DNA of 64,000 nt from Eledone cirrhosa (lineage: Eukaryota): assembly GCA_964016885.1 (NCBI GenBank), contig OZ024749.1, forward strand, positions 35,960,001 to 36,024,000, written 5' to 3'. Positions 24,211-38,964 of this stretch are shown in pieces. Within the stretch, counting starts at the first letter, position 1, and each line of letters begins with the position of its first letter. The notes under the pieces are model-generated. The model did not search any database and was not told the origin of the DNA. It was given only the letters and a program-made list of their open reading frames with translations. A program made the translations under genes and the position numbers.

Positions 24211-24265
24211 CATCATCATCATCATCATCACCGTTTTATATATATATATATGTATATATATATTT
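23853..24265. repeat. (CT)n/(CTT)n/(TA)n/(CAT)n compound microsatellite
   Basis: Seen directly. Confidence 0.95.
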
Positions 24266-24593
24266 ATCTTTCTGTCTATCTATCTGTCTACTAACTTTAT
24301 TTGTGGTATTGCTCCTTTTAATCTCTATATATATTCATTTATTTAGTTACCATATATACCTGTTCATCTATTTATATGAGTATTTATATATATATACATA
24401 TATCATCATCATCATCATTATGTTTTTATGTCCGTTTTTCCACTCTTGCATGGTTTGGACGAGCCCTTCTCAGCACAGCATTTCTCCACTCGTCGTGTTC
24501 CTTCGTCATATCCTACAGTCACAGCCTATGCACTTCACACACAAGCACCACACAGTCATCCTTTCGTGTGTAGGGAGAAACCTTTTGTGGTCT

Positions 24594-24629
<36 letters not shown>

Positions 24630-24632
<3 letters not shown>

Positions 24633-24815
24633 TGTTTCTACTTTAGGCACAAGGCCAGCAATTACCCAGTACATTACTGGTACTTTATTTTATCGACCCC
24701 GTAAGGATGAAAGGCAAAGTTAACCTCAGCGGGATTTGAACTCAGAATGTAAAGGGGCGTAACTATGCTAGAAAGCATGGCGTCCAACCCTCTACTGATA
24801 CTGCCAATTCACCAA
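24630..24815 (-). mobile_element. SINE family B
   Basis: Reverse-complement copy with an (AAT)n tail. Confidence 0.85.
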
Positions 24816-25461
24816 TAATAATAATAATAATAATTGTTTAACCCATGCTAGCGTGGAAGATGGACGTTAAACGATGATGATGATGATGATTACAAAGGTA
24901 AGAATTTATTTCTACAGAGTCACCTTCTACTTCTCTAACCATTGATTTGATTTTAACTGGAGAGAAACTGTCATATCTTCAGGTTCTGGTGTGATTCTTG
25001 CTTTGCCAAGGCTCTTTATCTGAAATGAAGAGAAGCTGTTATATCTTTGTAATCTGGTGTGATTCCTGCTTTGCAAAACATATTTATCTAGAACCTGTAT
25101 ATTCTTCAGAGAGGAAAATCTAAGAATGAATGAATATAAACCAACAAAATAACAGCAGTGTTTTTTGATCAGATATGCCTGATTAATTTTCTCTAACTGT
25201 TGCAGCAATGGAATGAAGGAATTTTTCGAAACGTATAAATAAGGTTCAAACACGTTTATAGAATTCAGAAAAAGGAGAAAAAAGAAAGAAAAAAAAAGGT
25301 TTTTGAAGGAAAAGTGTTGTTATCAAAATGTATGAAAATGCTGATGATTAAAAATAAAGATATAAAAAGGAATTTGTAAATTGCAAAGAAAACATCAGAA
25401 AAAAAAATAAACACAAACTTCTGGGAATTTCTAACTACCATAATCCATTAAAATGACTTGG

Positions 25462-25521
<60 letters not shown>

Positions 25522-25919
25522 CATCATCATCATCATAACTTGCTATTGATTAGAGTGTGTATTTCTTTACCAAAGTTCTCACTTTATATATATGGTTGCT
25601 GAGATTACTATGCATGGTAAATTGCCTTAATCTTTTTGAAACTCAACTGCCTGAAACCAACTCAGGGTCTATAAAAACAAAGATGTTAATTTTAACATGT
25701 TTTTATTTATCTAAAAACCTTCCTTCATAATTTGACATAAGCTCATTTCTTAAGTTATGTTCCAAACTCCAGTTTAATAATGAGAAAGTTAGCTATCATT
25801 CCAAATTTCTATTTACTTACACAATCATTTGAAAACCATAGGCAGTCTTTTGTTAGAAAGATAGTAATGGAATGGTTAAATGAGTGTTTATTTACCAAAA
25901 TGTTCACTCTGTATATGTC

Positions 25920-26440
25920 TCTATAGTACTGCAGTTCTATTGCAGAAGTATGTCTGTCTAGTTCTATCATATCACCCCCACCACAACTATAGAACTGCAC
26001 TACTATTAAACAAGTATGTTTCTTTAGCTCTATCATATCACCACCACCACCACTGCTATAGTACTGCAGTACTATTATAGAAGTATGTTTGTTTAATTCT
26101 ATCATATCACCCCCACCACCACCACAACTATAGTACTGCAGTACTTTAAATAAGTATGTCTGTCTAGTTCTATCATATCACCCCCACCACCACTATAGCA
26201 CTGCAGTACTATTACAGAATTATGTCTGTCTAGTTCTATCATATCACCCCCCACCACAACTATAGCACTGCAGTACTATTACAGAATTATGTCTGTCTAG
26301 TTCTATCATATCACCCCCACCACCACTATAGTACTGCAGTACTATTACAGAATTATGTCTGTCTAGTTCTATCATATCACCCACCACCACCATAGTACTG
26401 CAGTACTATTAAACAAGTATGTCTCTTTAGCTCTATCATT
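25920..26440. repeat. ~62-bp minisatellite
   Basis: CTATAGTACTGCAGTACTATTACAGAATTATGTCTGTCTAGTTCTATCATATCACCCCCACCAC, about 8 copies. Confidence 0.9.
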
Positions 26441-26574
26441 CACATAGAGTCTCTACTGTGTATTATTGATTTTTCACCGATATCATTTGGAATATTTCCG
26501 AGATTTTTCTGCAGAGTAATATTTATTTCATTCAGTCTTCTGTATACCAATATATATATATATGCAGATCATAT

Positions 26575-26895
26575 TACATAATACCACTACACTACACTGT
26601 ATATCCCTCCACCACACTACTATATACCACACCATTACACTACACTATACACCATTACACTACACTATATACCATTACACTACACTATACACCATTACAC
26701 TACACTATACACCATTACACTACGCTATATACCATTACACTTACACCATTACGCTACACTGTACACCAGTGCACTACATTATACACCACTACACTACACT
26801 ATACACCACTACACTACACTATTACTACACTATACACCATTACATTACACACCACTACACTATACTATATACCACTACACTACACCACCACAACA
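26575..26895. repeat. (ACTAC/ATTAC)n pentanucleotide-like repeat
   Basis: Seen directly. Confidence 0.85.
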
Positions 26896-27282
26896 TATAT
26901 ATATAGGTCCAGGCTTGGCTGTGTGGTTAAGTTTGCTTCACAAACCACACAGTTGATCAATGTCTTGTGAGTGAAATTTGGTAGGCAGAGACTGTATAGA
27001 AGCCTGTCCTATGTTTTTTATATCTGCCTGTCTAGTATTCATCTCTTTTTCTCTCCTTTTATTAAAGATTGAGAGAATTATTATTTAATATATTTTTTAT
27101 CTTTTCTTTCTATGTTTGTTTTCTACTCAGTGTTCTTATATATATATATATATCTGATATATACACACACATATATATATATCATCATCATCATCATCAT
27201 CATCGTTTAACGTCCATGTTCCACGCTTGCATAGGTTTGGACGGGGGTTTTCCCACTTGAGGCAAGAGTGGTTGTCTTGCTC

Positions 27283-28640
27283 GCATAGGAATGTCTGGCG
27301 GGTTTTCTGCAGTTGGATGCCCTTCCTAACACCAACCACATTTACAGTGTGGGGCTGGGAGGTTTTTACCGTGTTGCCTACACGGCCACATTACAGCGTG
27401 GACTGTCTGGCGTGTTTTCTACAGCTGGATGCCCTTCCTAACACCAACCACATTTACAGTGTGGGACTGGGAGGTATTTACCGTGTTGCCTACACGGCCA
27501 CATTACAGCGTGGACTGTCTGGCGTGTTTTCTACAGCTGGATGCCCTTCCTAACACCAACCACATTTACAGTGTGGGGCTGGGAGGTTTTTACTGTGTTG
27601 CCTACACGGCCACATTACAGCGTGGACTGTCTGGCGTGTTTTCTACAGCTGGATGCCCTTCCTAACACCAACCACATTTACAGTGTGGGGCTGGGAGGTT
27701 TTTACCGTGTTGCCTACACGGCCACATTACAGCGTGGACTGTCTGGCGTGTTTTCTACAGGTGGATGCCCTTCCTAACACCAACCACATTTACAGTGTGG
27801 GGCTGGGAGGTTTTTACCGTGTTGCCTACACGGCCACATTACAGCGTGGACTGTCTGGCGTGTTTTCTACAGCTGGATGCCCTTCCTAACACCAACCACA
27901 TTTACAGTGTGGGGCTGGGAGGTTTTTACCGTGTTGCCTACACGGCCACATTACAGCGTGGACTGTCTGGCGTGTTTTCTACAGGTGGATGCCCTTCCTA
28001 ACACCAACCACATTTACAGTGTGGGGCTGGGAGGTTTTTACCGTGTTGCCTACACGGCCACATTACAGCGTGGACTGTCTGGCGTGTTTTCTACAGCTGG
28101 ATGCCCTTCCTAACACCAACCACATTTACAGTGTGGGGCTGGGAGGTTTTTACCGTGTTGCCTACACGGCCACATTACAGCGTGGACTGTCTGGCGTGTT
28201 TTCTACAGGTGGATGCCCTTCCTAACACCAACCACATTTACAGTGTGGGGCTGGGAGGTTTTTACCGTGTTGCCTACACGGCCACATTACAGCGTGGACT
28301 GTCTGGCGTGTTTTCTACAGCTGGATGCCCTTCCTAACACCAACCACATTTACAGTGTGGGGCTGGGAGGTTTTTACCGTGTTGCCTACACGGCCACATT
28401 ACAGCGTGGACTGTCTGGCGTGTTTTCTACAGGTGGATGCCCTTCCTAACACCAACCACATTTACAGTGTGGGGCTGGGAGGTTTTTACCGTGTTGCCTA
28501 CATGGCCACATTACAGCGTGGACTGTCTGGCGTGTTTTCTACAGCTGGATGCCCTTCCTAACACCAACCACATTTACAGTGTGGAACTGGGAGGTTTTTA
28601 CCGTGTTACCTACATGTCCACATTACAGCGTGGACTGTGT
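27283..28640. repeat. 112-bp tandem array (~12 copies) inside an RTE 3' UTR fragment
   Basis: ORF-track starts recur every 112 bp; the unit contains the RTE/SINE motif GGATGCCCTTCCTAACACCAACC. Confidence 0.95.
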
Positions 28641-28720
28641 GTTTTTTGTCGTGACACCTACACGACCTCATTTGTTTCGGCCTGGATGTTGTGGCCGAAT
28701 ATATATATATATATATAGCC

Positions 28721-28764
<44 letters not shown>

Positions 28765-30274
28765 CTGAATATATATATATATATAGCTGAATATATATAT
28801 ATATATATAGCTGCCAAACAAAGGGCTGGGAGGAGCCCTCAGTCATGTCAATGACATGACAACCTTCCTAGTGTTGTGATCTACATGATAAACGCACTCA
28901 GTATATGCTGCAAAGGGGTTGGTGATAGGAAGGACATCCAGCTGTAGAGATCTTACTAAAGAAAGGGTTGGGGGGACCCTCAATTGTGTCAAAGACTTGA
29001 CAATCTCTCCTGTGCACTCAGTGGAGCATCAACCTTAATTAAGTAAGACACAGATCCCTGGTACAGTAATAATTTAGTCTATGTAGACCTGCCCAGCCCT
29101 TGCTAGCAGGGAAAGCAGACCTTAAAACAACGATGATGATGATATATATAAAACATCATCACCTGTGTGATTATTGCATAGATTAGTTTATGTGTTTTGT
29201 AGATATTGATGGTGGTATCTGTTTCTACTAATATCTAGAATGGAATGGCTGAGTTAACCTATGTTGGTAACCAGTAATATCTAAAATGGTGGTATGACAG
29301 CTAACTGGTGTTGACATCTAATCCCACTAATATCCTGGATGGTATGACAGAAGAGCTAACAGATGTTGCTTTCTACTCCCACTAACAGACCTGTCAACTC
29401 TCCTGACTGATGGGAAGATGTCTTCTCTTGTGAAAATGGGTATAGATTTTATTATGTAAAACATGTTTCCAGTGTTGTTGCCAGTTTATTGTTTAGTTTA
29501 GTTTTATATCTATGGTAGAATGTTCTGTTGGTTCATAAAAATATTTTCTTCATAAGACTTAAACAATATTTAAGCAATTTCCATATTTGATATTTCTATG
29601 TTTAACCTGATTTGTTACCATATTTCTCATGAAAGACAGTTTTTATAATTTTAATATTGTATAAATATAATCAAGAACTTGGTGGGATTTAATAATATAA
29701 CTTTCTTATTATTGTGAAGATAGACTTGATGTCACCAATTTTTATTACCCATTATCATTATCCTGCTATTAATGTCACAACAGTTTATTAAACTGTCCAA
29801 ATTATTTCAAAAATTTCTTCTCCAAGATACAGACGTTTGTAAAAGTAATATTTGTTCATCTTTTAATTTTTATTTTATTTTATTAAGAGATTTTTCTTGT
29901 CATAAACCTAAAATTACGAACAGAAAATAACTTTTAAAATTATCCCCCAACATTTGAATGTGTCTTTAAATTTTGAGGTGAAATCTGTTAACTAAAATAT
30001 CCAGTTTTATAGAACTTGTCTGTTTTAAAAGTCGTTACTGACAGTCAATGTTTTATAAAAACTATTTTTAAAAATTAAAAAAAATTACTGAAATCATCAT
30101 TTTTACCGGTGAAAATAATAAGTTTTTATTTTATTCCTAAAAAATAACAAGAATACAAAAAAATGTTAAAAAGTCTGTAGTTACTTTAATACATTTTAAG
30201 GTATACGACATACGGAACGGCATTAATGTATAGCAGACTTGTGCCTAACGTAGAAACAATTAATGTATAGCAGA

Positions 30275-30420
30275 CGCATAGAGTTACGGCCCTTGCCATT
30301 CTGAGTTCAAATCCCGCCGAGGTTAACTTTGCCTTTCATCCTTACGGGGGTCGATAAAATAAAGTAACAGTAATACACTGGGATAATTTCTGGCCTTGTG
30401 CCAATAGTAGAAACAATTAA
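30275..30420 (+). mobile_element. SINE family B (5'-truncated)
   Basis: Core sequence; duplicated ATTAATGTATAGCAGAC flanks. Confidence 0.8.
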
Positions 30421-31108
30421 TGTATAGCAGACGATGTTTGCGAAATGTCATCTGTTGACTCACAACAGGATTAATTAACATATATGAACATAAAATACAA
30501 CACAGTAAGTTTATTTCACTAATTTATCTTACAGCTGACTTCTTTTAATATTATATTACCCTCTATACCATTGTTTTACCTTCCACTATAACCAGTTCGT
30601 TTTCTATGTCTTTAAAACAAGATATTTAATGTCCTTCACACAATAACCATTCCTTCACATATATTACACACCTATTAACTTCTTCTTTCTAACCAACATT
30701 ACTATCGTTGTTTAATGGTAGTAGCTTTATTTTTTATTTCTATCTAAAGTAAACCTACTTTAACAAGATAAATAAACCAGCTTCGTGACATGTTTTTATT
30801 TATTCCTATTTTAAAGTCGTATCGTCATTTCTGTTTAATTTCTTAACGAAAACATCAGAAAGTCAACCATTCTTCATTTCTTGTCCAAAATCTCTACAAT
30901 TGTTTCTGACAGTAAAATAATCTAAATTGTGGTGGTTCCAAGTTAAACAGAGAACGGATAAGGTTTTTAAATGATTCATACAACGACATATATGAATTTA
31001 ATGAATTTAATTTAAGACGTTAAATAATGTCGACGTTTGTTTACTTCTTACGTAACGGTTTTTTTTTGGGGGGGGGGGGGGGTCCTTCATTAATTTACTG
31101 ATACTATG

Positions 31109-31295
31109 CAGACCTGCCAACCTTTATAAACCCAAAAGTACCATGAAACAAGTGCACCAAAAGAAATGAGGCAGAATGGGGAGATTTTACATAATGAAAG
31201 CTATACCCATTTTCACAAGAGAAGAAAGACATCGCTCACCCACCGTAAAGTGGATCGGAGATCTCCCCGTCGGACGGGATGAGTTGACAGGTCTG
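31109..31295. mobile_element. hAT-like MITE
   Basis: TIRs CAGACCTGCCAAC / GTTGACAGGTCTG; no TSD recognised; a solo end lies at ~29386. Confidence 0.55.
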
Positions 31296-31805
31296 TGAAT
31301 CTGTTAGGGACAACGTGCATTCAACTTGATTTAATAATTTCTTTATTTCATGGAATTAACTAACTGATGGGGTTTTAAATGCGTGGGTTGGTTAATGGGA
31401 GGGGTGAGTGGAAGGTGGTTAGTAATGGGTGGAGAGGTGTGCATGTTAAGGTATGTATACCCCACATTATATAAAGTCCAGATATATAGACTGTGGAGAA
31501 TATCTTTGTGTCAACAATCTCTCTCTCTCTCTCTCTCTCTGTCTATATATATATATATATATATATACTATATATATATGGTATCCACCAAAAATGCATA
31601 CATACTTCAACAGCATTCTAATAAATATGTGTATATATTTTTGGGACACACCCTGTGTATATATATATATATATAATAGTAGAATACTGGTAGGTTATAT
31701 CTGTAGTAGCAGAGCACTCAGTCCATGGGACGAGTTTGGTAGAAGTAGTTCCACAACTAACTGTTGTGGAATTATATATATATATATATATATATATAAA
31801 TATAT

Positions 31806-32148
31806 ATCATCATCATCATCATTTTGCGTCTGCTTTTCCCTGCTTGCAAGGGTGGGATGGGTCTTATTCAGCACAGCATCTCTCCACTTGTCACGGTCCA
31901 TCGTCATCTCCACCGTGAGCTTCAGCGATCTGAGGTCTGTTCTCACCACCTCTGCCCATGTTTTTCGTGGTCTACCTCTACCACGTCTTCCTTCAACTGG
32001 CATTTCCTGGCACTTCTTCACCCATCGGTCATCCTCCATGCGCATCACATGTCCATACTACCTCAGTCTCCTCTCACGCACACTACATTCTATCCCTCTC
32101 AGACACAGTTTCTCTCTCAACATATTTATGCTGTGTCGTTCACGCACA
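31806..32148 (-). mobile_element. RTE LINE 3' fragment
   Basis: MMRMEDDRWVKKC...GRGRPRKTWAEVV; (GAT)n tail. Confidence 0.88.
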
Positions 32149-33371
32149 TATAATATAATATAATTGTGTAAAAGTTGCCTCCTGTGTTTTGCTTTTTGTT
32201 TCATTTATTAACTACATATATATATATATAATACCTACTGCCAGAATATTCCATTCACATCTCCTCCGTTCTATAGTGGAACAAGTCAAAATCAATGTAT
32301 GTCATACAAAATTATTCTATCCTAGAATCAGTAAAGTGGAACATGACATTTATCTTATAAAAAGGTGTGCAATCTGTCATGTCTTCCTGGTGAAACAATC
32401 TAGTTAACTATTGCAATAATGCCAAATGTTCTAACACTCAAACTGTTGCCATTTTCTGCATTTCTGCAATTTTTTATTGCAGATCTTATTTTCAAACATC
32501 AAATTGCATTAAAAACTGATGTTGTTGCCAATGAGGTTGATGTTGATGATGTTAGTACTAGTGTTCTTGTTGTTGTTGTTGCTGCTGATGATGATGATCA
32601 GGGCATTGTTGATGTTGTTGTTGATCATGATGGTGGCATTGTTGTTGATGATTTTGATGTTGCTGCTGCTGATGGTGTTGTTGTTTTTGTTGTAGTGATG
32701 CAAAAAAAAATTAAATGAAATGTACTGCTTACATCTATGTAGCTTACATCTATGGCCTCCTATAAGGTTGTCTCTTACTGGAGGTTACTTGGGTGTTTTA
32801 ATGATAGGTACCTGAGTCTTATCATGTTGTAGTTACAACTCGCACCTCTGTAGATTTAGCTGGCCTCCTATGACATTATCTCTTACCAGAAGTTACTTGG
32901 GTGTTTTAATGATAGGTACCTGAGTCCTATCATGTTGTAGTTACAACTCCCACCTCTGTAGATTTAGCTGGCCTCTTACAGGATTCCAATCCATAGGAAG
33001 TTTCTTGGATGTTTTATTATTAGGGGGCCCACAGTCTAACATGAAAAGCAATGTGAAATGAAACATCCTGCACAAGACCACCCTGTCAAGGAATCGAACC
33101 CACAATCATATAATCATGAGTCCAACACCCTAACCACTAGGTCACATGCCTTTCCATTGTTGGTGATATTATTGTATATGAAGAAATCAACATAAAGTTG
33201 GTTAGCAACTTTTCCAATCTGTTGAGTGTATATATGTATATATATACACACACATATCATCATCATCATCATCATCATCATCGTTTAACGTCCCTGTTCC
33301 ACGCTTGCATGGATTTGGACGGGGGTTTTCCCACTTGAGGCAAGAGTAGTTGTCTTGCTCGCATAGGACTG

Positions 33372-33415
<44 letters not shown>

Positions 33416-35480
33416 AAATACATGCAAATACACATACATACACACATGTAATATCTACAGTATATTTCACATCCTACTATATATATATAACGATGATGAT
33501 CATCATTATATATTCACATAAATATTTAACATACCTTCTGTGTCTTTCATGCTGCCCCTCCTATCATACCTTCCTCTCCCTACTGCCATATTCCTTCCAA
33601 GATGATGATGATAATAATAATATAGTGGACTGCCAAGAACTGAGAGACTAAAAGGAAAGAATAGTTTTAGCACCAGGCCTAAACATCTATTTAATCTCAC
33701 CAGTTGAACTTGTTCACTGAACTAAGTCACTTAAACATGAAATACATACAACACTTGAGTTAAACCTTCAGATTTATAAGATTTACTCAACTATAAGAAA
33801 AAGAAACTACCCAAAGCAATCAGATTTTATTTTTATTTTATTTTATTTTATTTTATTTTATTTTATTTTATTGACCAAATTATTGATTTCTGAAGAATTT
33901 CAAAAGAAAAAAAAAATCAAAATTAAAAAGTATTTGATAAACAAACAAAAATTTTCTGTGAGAATCCGAGAAAATCTCTTTTCAACATTGGTTGTTTTGT
34001 TCCACAGTTCACTGTTATTGTTTCGATGTTTGTAGACTTAACTGTAATCTAACTGAGAGATTTAGTCACTGTAATCGCATAAGTGTATCATCATCATTGT
34101 TGTTGTCATCATCATCCTCACCATCATCATCTTGGCATTCATCATTGGTCTCTTTCCTTCATTTTTTTTTTCATGAGGTTCAGCATTCTGTGTTTATGTC
34201 CCCATAACATAGCACTACAACAGAAAGAGATTGATAAAATAAGTACCAGACATGATAAAGACAAGTAGTGAGGGCAATATGATCAACTAAATCACATCAA
34301 ATCAGTGCCACAGTATGACCACAGTCTAATGACTGAAATCAGTTTGAAAGAATAACAGTTTCTTGAAATTCATGAGATTAAGGATTTGCTTTGGTTCAGA
34401 CAAGTTTCATATTTTTGCATAATGTCTATGGTTGGATGCCCTTCCTAATACCAACAGCCTCACAGATGTATTTAATTTGAAGTTTAATTTTTGATATATG
34501 TGTAATTTAAAGCTGAATTTATTATATACATTTAATTTAAAGTTAAATATATAATATATATTTAAATTAAAGACTACTATATTCAATAGAGTATAGAACA
34601 CCCATCCCCGCTACATATTTTGGCAAGGAATATTAAGAAAAGAAATTATATGTGATGTTTATGTGCAAGGATATTTAATGTTCTTGACTCAATTTCCTAT
34701 TAAAAGACAAGGAATATAGTTTTTAGCTATTTTTGTTTGAAAAAGAGGAGGTCTTAAATGCCATCATATATGGTAACTTAGGATGTATCTTTAAGTTAGA
34801 ACTAAATTCATAGAATTTCTTTCTTAAAAATATATACAAAAAGGGGTGGGGGAAACCTTCATTCCCATCAGTTCAAGAAAAATGGTTAAAAAATTAGATT
34901 TGGCATTACTGAAGAATTTTATAAAAACTATGATTAAGACTATTTCAAAACTACAAGATAATCAGACCTAAAGCATTGATTATTAAATTTTCCTTATGAA
35001 TAGCAGATAAATTCTATTATTTTCCAATAAATTTTCGTTTTAATAATTTATATTTTTCAATATTTTTTTTATATTTTAGTAATATTTATTTTTAAATATA
35101 TTTTCTTTTTAATAAATGTTATTTTTAAGTGTTTTTATAGTTTTCAATAATTTATATATTTTCAAATATATTGCATTTATTTTTATTTCATTTTATTAAT
35201 CTGAATAGAATAGAATAGAATAACTGATTTTATTGCAATAAAAAGCAGAGCTTTTTGTGAAAAAAAACCTCAAGAATTATGCAAATGTTTCATTAATTTT
35301 AGATCAGGGTCATGTGTAGGCATGTGTATATATATATGTGTGTGAGTGTGTGTGTGTGTGCACATGCCTCTGTGTGTGTGCATGTCAATATATGCATTAT
35401 AGACATATATACATTTAAATGTTTATTTATATACAAATCAATATATTTGTCTATGTGTGTGTGTGTATATATATATATAC

Positions 35481-35533
<53 letters not shown>

Positions 35534-36852
35534 CACACATATTTATATATGAGTAAATCAACAATTGCCAATTACAACAATGAGAATTCCAATTATTCAT
35601 TCAACAGCCTGCTTATAAAAACATGATCCAAATAGCTGAGCATTCCACAGACACGTGTACCTTTAATGTAGTTATATAAGAGATGTAACATGTCCCAGAG
35701 TGTTACTGCTACAGTCCATCTGACAGGTTTCCGTCGACCCAATTTCAATCACAAATATTGGGTCTACCCTAGTCCATGGTAAATGATACCTACCCAGAAT
35801 GCCATGCTGAGGAATTGAATGCAGAACATTATGGCTGCAAATTAAATACCTTAATCATTTGGCCATGCACAGTGTATAAAATGTATTTAACCATGGCACC
35901 AGCAGTATCACTGGGCTAGGTGCATTTACAGGGCTAGGTGCATTTCAACATGATACCAGCACAACCACTTTATGGAGTGTACTTAAAACATTTTATAATG
36001 GCATCAGCACTATCACATTACAAAGTATATAAGGAAGGGAAAAACAAAGAAGGTAGATTTTGAACACCAGAGAGAGATAAATACAAAGCGTAACTAATAT
36101 ATAAATATACATATACATACATTCATATACATATACATACACATACATACATGTACATATATATATATACACATACATACATACATGTGTGTGTGTATGG
36201 AGAAAGCGAGAGAAAATTAGAGGAAGAGGCTCCAGAAAAGATACACAGCCATCATTTACAATATGTCTTCTCTCTGGTAGGTTAGTCTATTGTCTGACTA
36301 AACAACGAGATAAATTCATTAGATCCCTGTTATAGAGAAGTTTTCTCTTCAAAGATTTCTATCAATAAGATTTAGTTGGCCTTTTTAAACAATACTCACT
36401 CAATTCTATTGATTAAATAACTTCAGGTTCTTGAGAAAGTGTCTCTACAGTTCGACAATAGTTGATAGTGATGGTGGAGTGTGGTGGTGGGTTGGTGTTT
36501 GTCTTTTGTGTTACAGCTGACTTTCTCTTTACTTCAGACAACAACCAGTTGTCAACCAAACAAAATAACAATTATCTTATTGATAACAAACCTGGTACTT
36601 AAAAGTTCTCATTGAAATACATGCATACATGTATGTATATATATATATAGTATGTATATTGTTAACCTATTCCATTTTCATAGACACACAGGTATGTGTG
36701 TGTGTGTGTACATGTTTTCATGTGAGTGTGTGTGTATATATATATGTGTATATATAAACACATATATACAACTATATATATATGTATATATAAACACATA
36801 TATACAACTATATATATATGTGTGTGTGAGTATATATATGTATATATATAAT

Positions 36853-37040
36853 GTTTTCTACTTTTGGCACAAGGCCAGCAATTATCCCAGTGCATTACTG
36901 GTACTTTATTTTATCAACCCCATAAGGATGAAAGGCAAAGTTAACCTCGGCGGGATTTGAACTCAGGTCATAAAGGGACGTAACTCTATGCGTCAAAGCA
37001 TGGCATCCGACCCTCTACTGATATTGCCAATCCGCCACCT
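36853..37040 (-). mobile_element. SINE family B
   Basis: Reverse-complement copy. Confidence 0.85.
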
Positions 37041-37159
37041 ATACATATATATAATAATAATAATCACTATTATGTATGAATAATACACAGGAAGTAGATG
37101 TTCTATAAATACACATTTCTCTGTATATATGTGTGTGAAAGAGAGAGAGATAAAGTGCA

Positions 37160-37193
<34 letters not shown>

Positions 37194-37204
37194 CACGTAT
37201 ATAT

Positions 37205-37236
<32 letters not shown>

Positions 37237-38301
37237 ATCATTGCTTTTTACATCTGTTTTTCCATTCTTGCCTGGGTTAGACAAGTCCTCTCCTATACAA
37301 CATCTTCCCACTTGTTTCTTTTGTTTGTCATTAGTTTCCTGATATAAAATTATTTGAATTACAGTAACAAAAGGGTTAAAGTGTTTATATTTATCTAAAA
37401 ACCTTAAGAATATAATTGACCAAAAGAATACAATTGCAAATACAAGTGGTTGAAATTGGGTTCCTCTAAAGGGTTTGGGAGTAAAATTACTCAATAGAAG
37501 GCATAGCTTGGAAATCTGGGAGTCACTCCAAGTAGAGTGGCTACTTCTGTGAATTGAGAGGTCACAACTCCTATACTACAGACATGGGGTTAGAATGTCT
37601 CAGGAAATAATCACTGGATAGATTTTACTGGCAAAACCAAATGACAGGAGAGCCATCAAGCAAGATGGCTGAATAACATCCATGAGTGCAGCTGGTCTCA
37701 CTTGGGGATCTAGCTGGATCAATTGAAGACAGTTGTTTCTATCAGGATCTGGAGGTAGGTGTGCTTGAGGACTTCCCACACAACCCTCCCAAAAATATGT
37801 GGGAAAAGATGAACAACAACTTTTGTTACAATATGTTACAAACACCAACTTAATAATAAGCAAGTAAATTATATTACAAATATTATTTGAAAATTATAGA
37901 CAGCATCTTCCATTAGAATTATGGCAATGAAAAAGTTAAAGTATTTATATTTATCTAAAACCCTGAGAGTATTTTTAGTTATATAAATTTTCAGATTTAT
38001 CTAAAAACCTTCCATCATTAATTAAATGTAAGAACATTTGTTAAGTTATGTTCCAAACACCAGCTTAATATGAGGTTGACTTTGCCTTTCATCCTTACGG
38101 GGTCGATAAAATAAAGTACCAGTAATGAACTGGGTAATTGCTGGCCTTGTGCCTAAAGTAGAAACAAATATTGAGAAAGTTATTTATATTACTTTTGGTT
38201 ATAATAATTTTTAGACTTAATATAATATTTCTAAACTATAATCACAGATACCTTCCATCATTAATTCTATGTAAGAACCTTTGTTCCAAACACCAGCTTA
38301 A

Positions 38302-38687
38302 CCCTTTAGCATTTACATTATATATACTATTGTATTTTCATGATAAAGGCTTTACCTCACATAATTATCTCACATTATATCGAATCTATATATTGTGCTT
38401 TGCAGCACAGAGTTATGGCCTTTTACGGTCTGAGTTCAAATCCCGCTGAGGTTAACTTTGCCTTTCATCCTTACGGGGTCGATAAAATAAAGCACCGGTA
38501 ATGCACTGGGATAATTGCTGGCCTTGTGCCAAAACTTGAAACAATTATATCGAATCTATGAGATTTTGATATTATTTATTTTGAGAGCAATACCTTAACA
38601 TCAGTATGAGTGGCCAGTTACGGCCAGTTTGAACAGAAAGAGGTGAGGGAATTGTGGCTGGGTATGGCTAGTTTAAATGCTAAAGGG
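38302..38687. mobile_element. piggyBac-like non-autonomous element with a nested SINE
   Basis: TTAA TSDs 38298-38301/38688-38691; TIR CCCTTTAGCATTTA; internal SINE B flanked by duplicated ATTATATCGAATCTAT. Confidence 0.8.
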
Positions 38688-38964
38688 TTAATAATGTAGT
38701 TAGTTATATTACTTTTGGTTATATTAATTTTCAGACAAGATATAAATATTTCTAAACTGCAATCACAGATGTTTTGTCCCTAGTGACATACTTGAATCTT
38801 CTATTTAAAGATAAACCAAACACAGTTCACTCAATGATTAATTAATTAACCAATAACCAATAGCCATGAGATAATCACTAAATAGTTGTGAATTCCACCT
38901 GATCAATTTTTCAACACCTGAATAACAATGTTTAATACCGGGGTAATCCATATACCAAAACATT

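Noticed and set aside
27429-28718. Repeated 78-aa ORFs or a CRISPR-like array
   Set aside because: Near-identical tandem units with no unique spacers, derived from a LINE UTR
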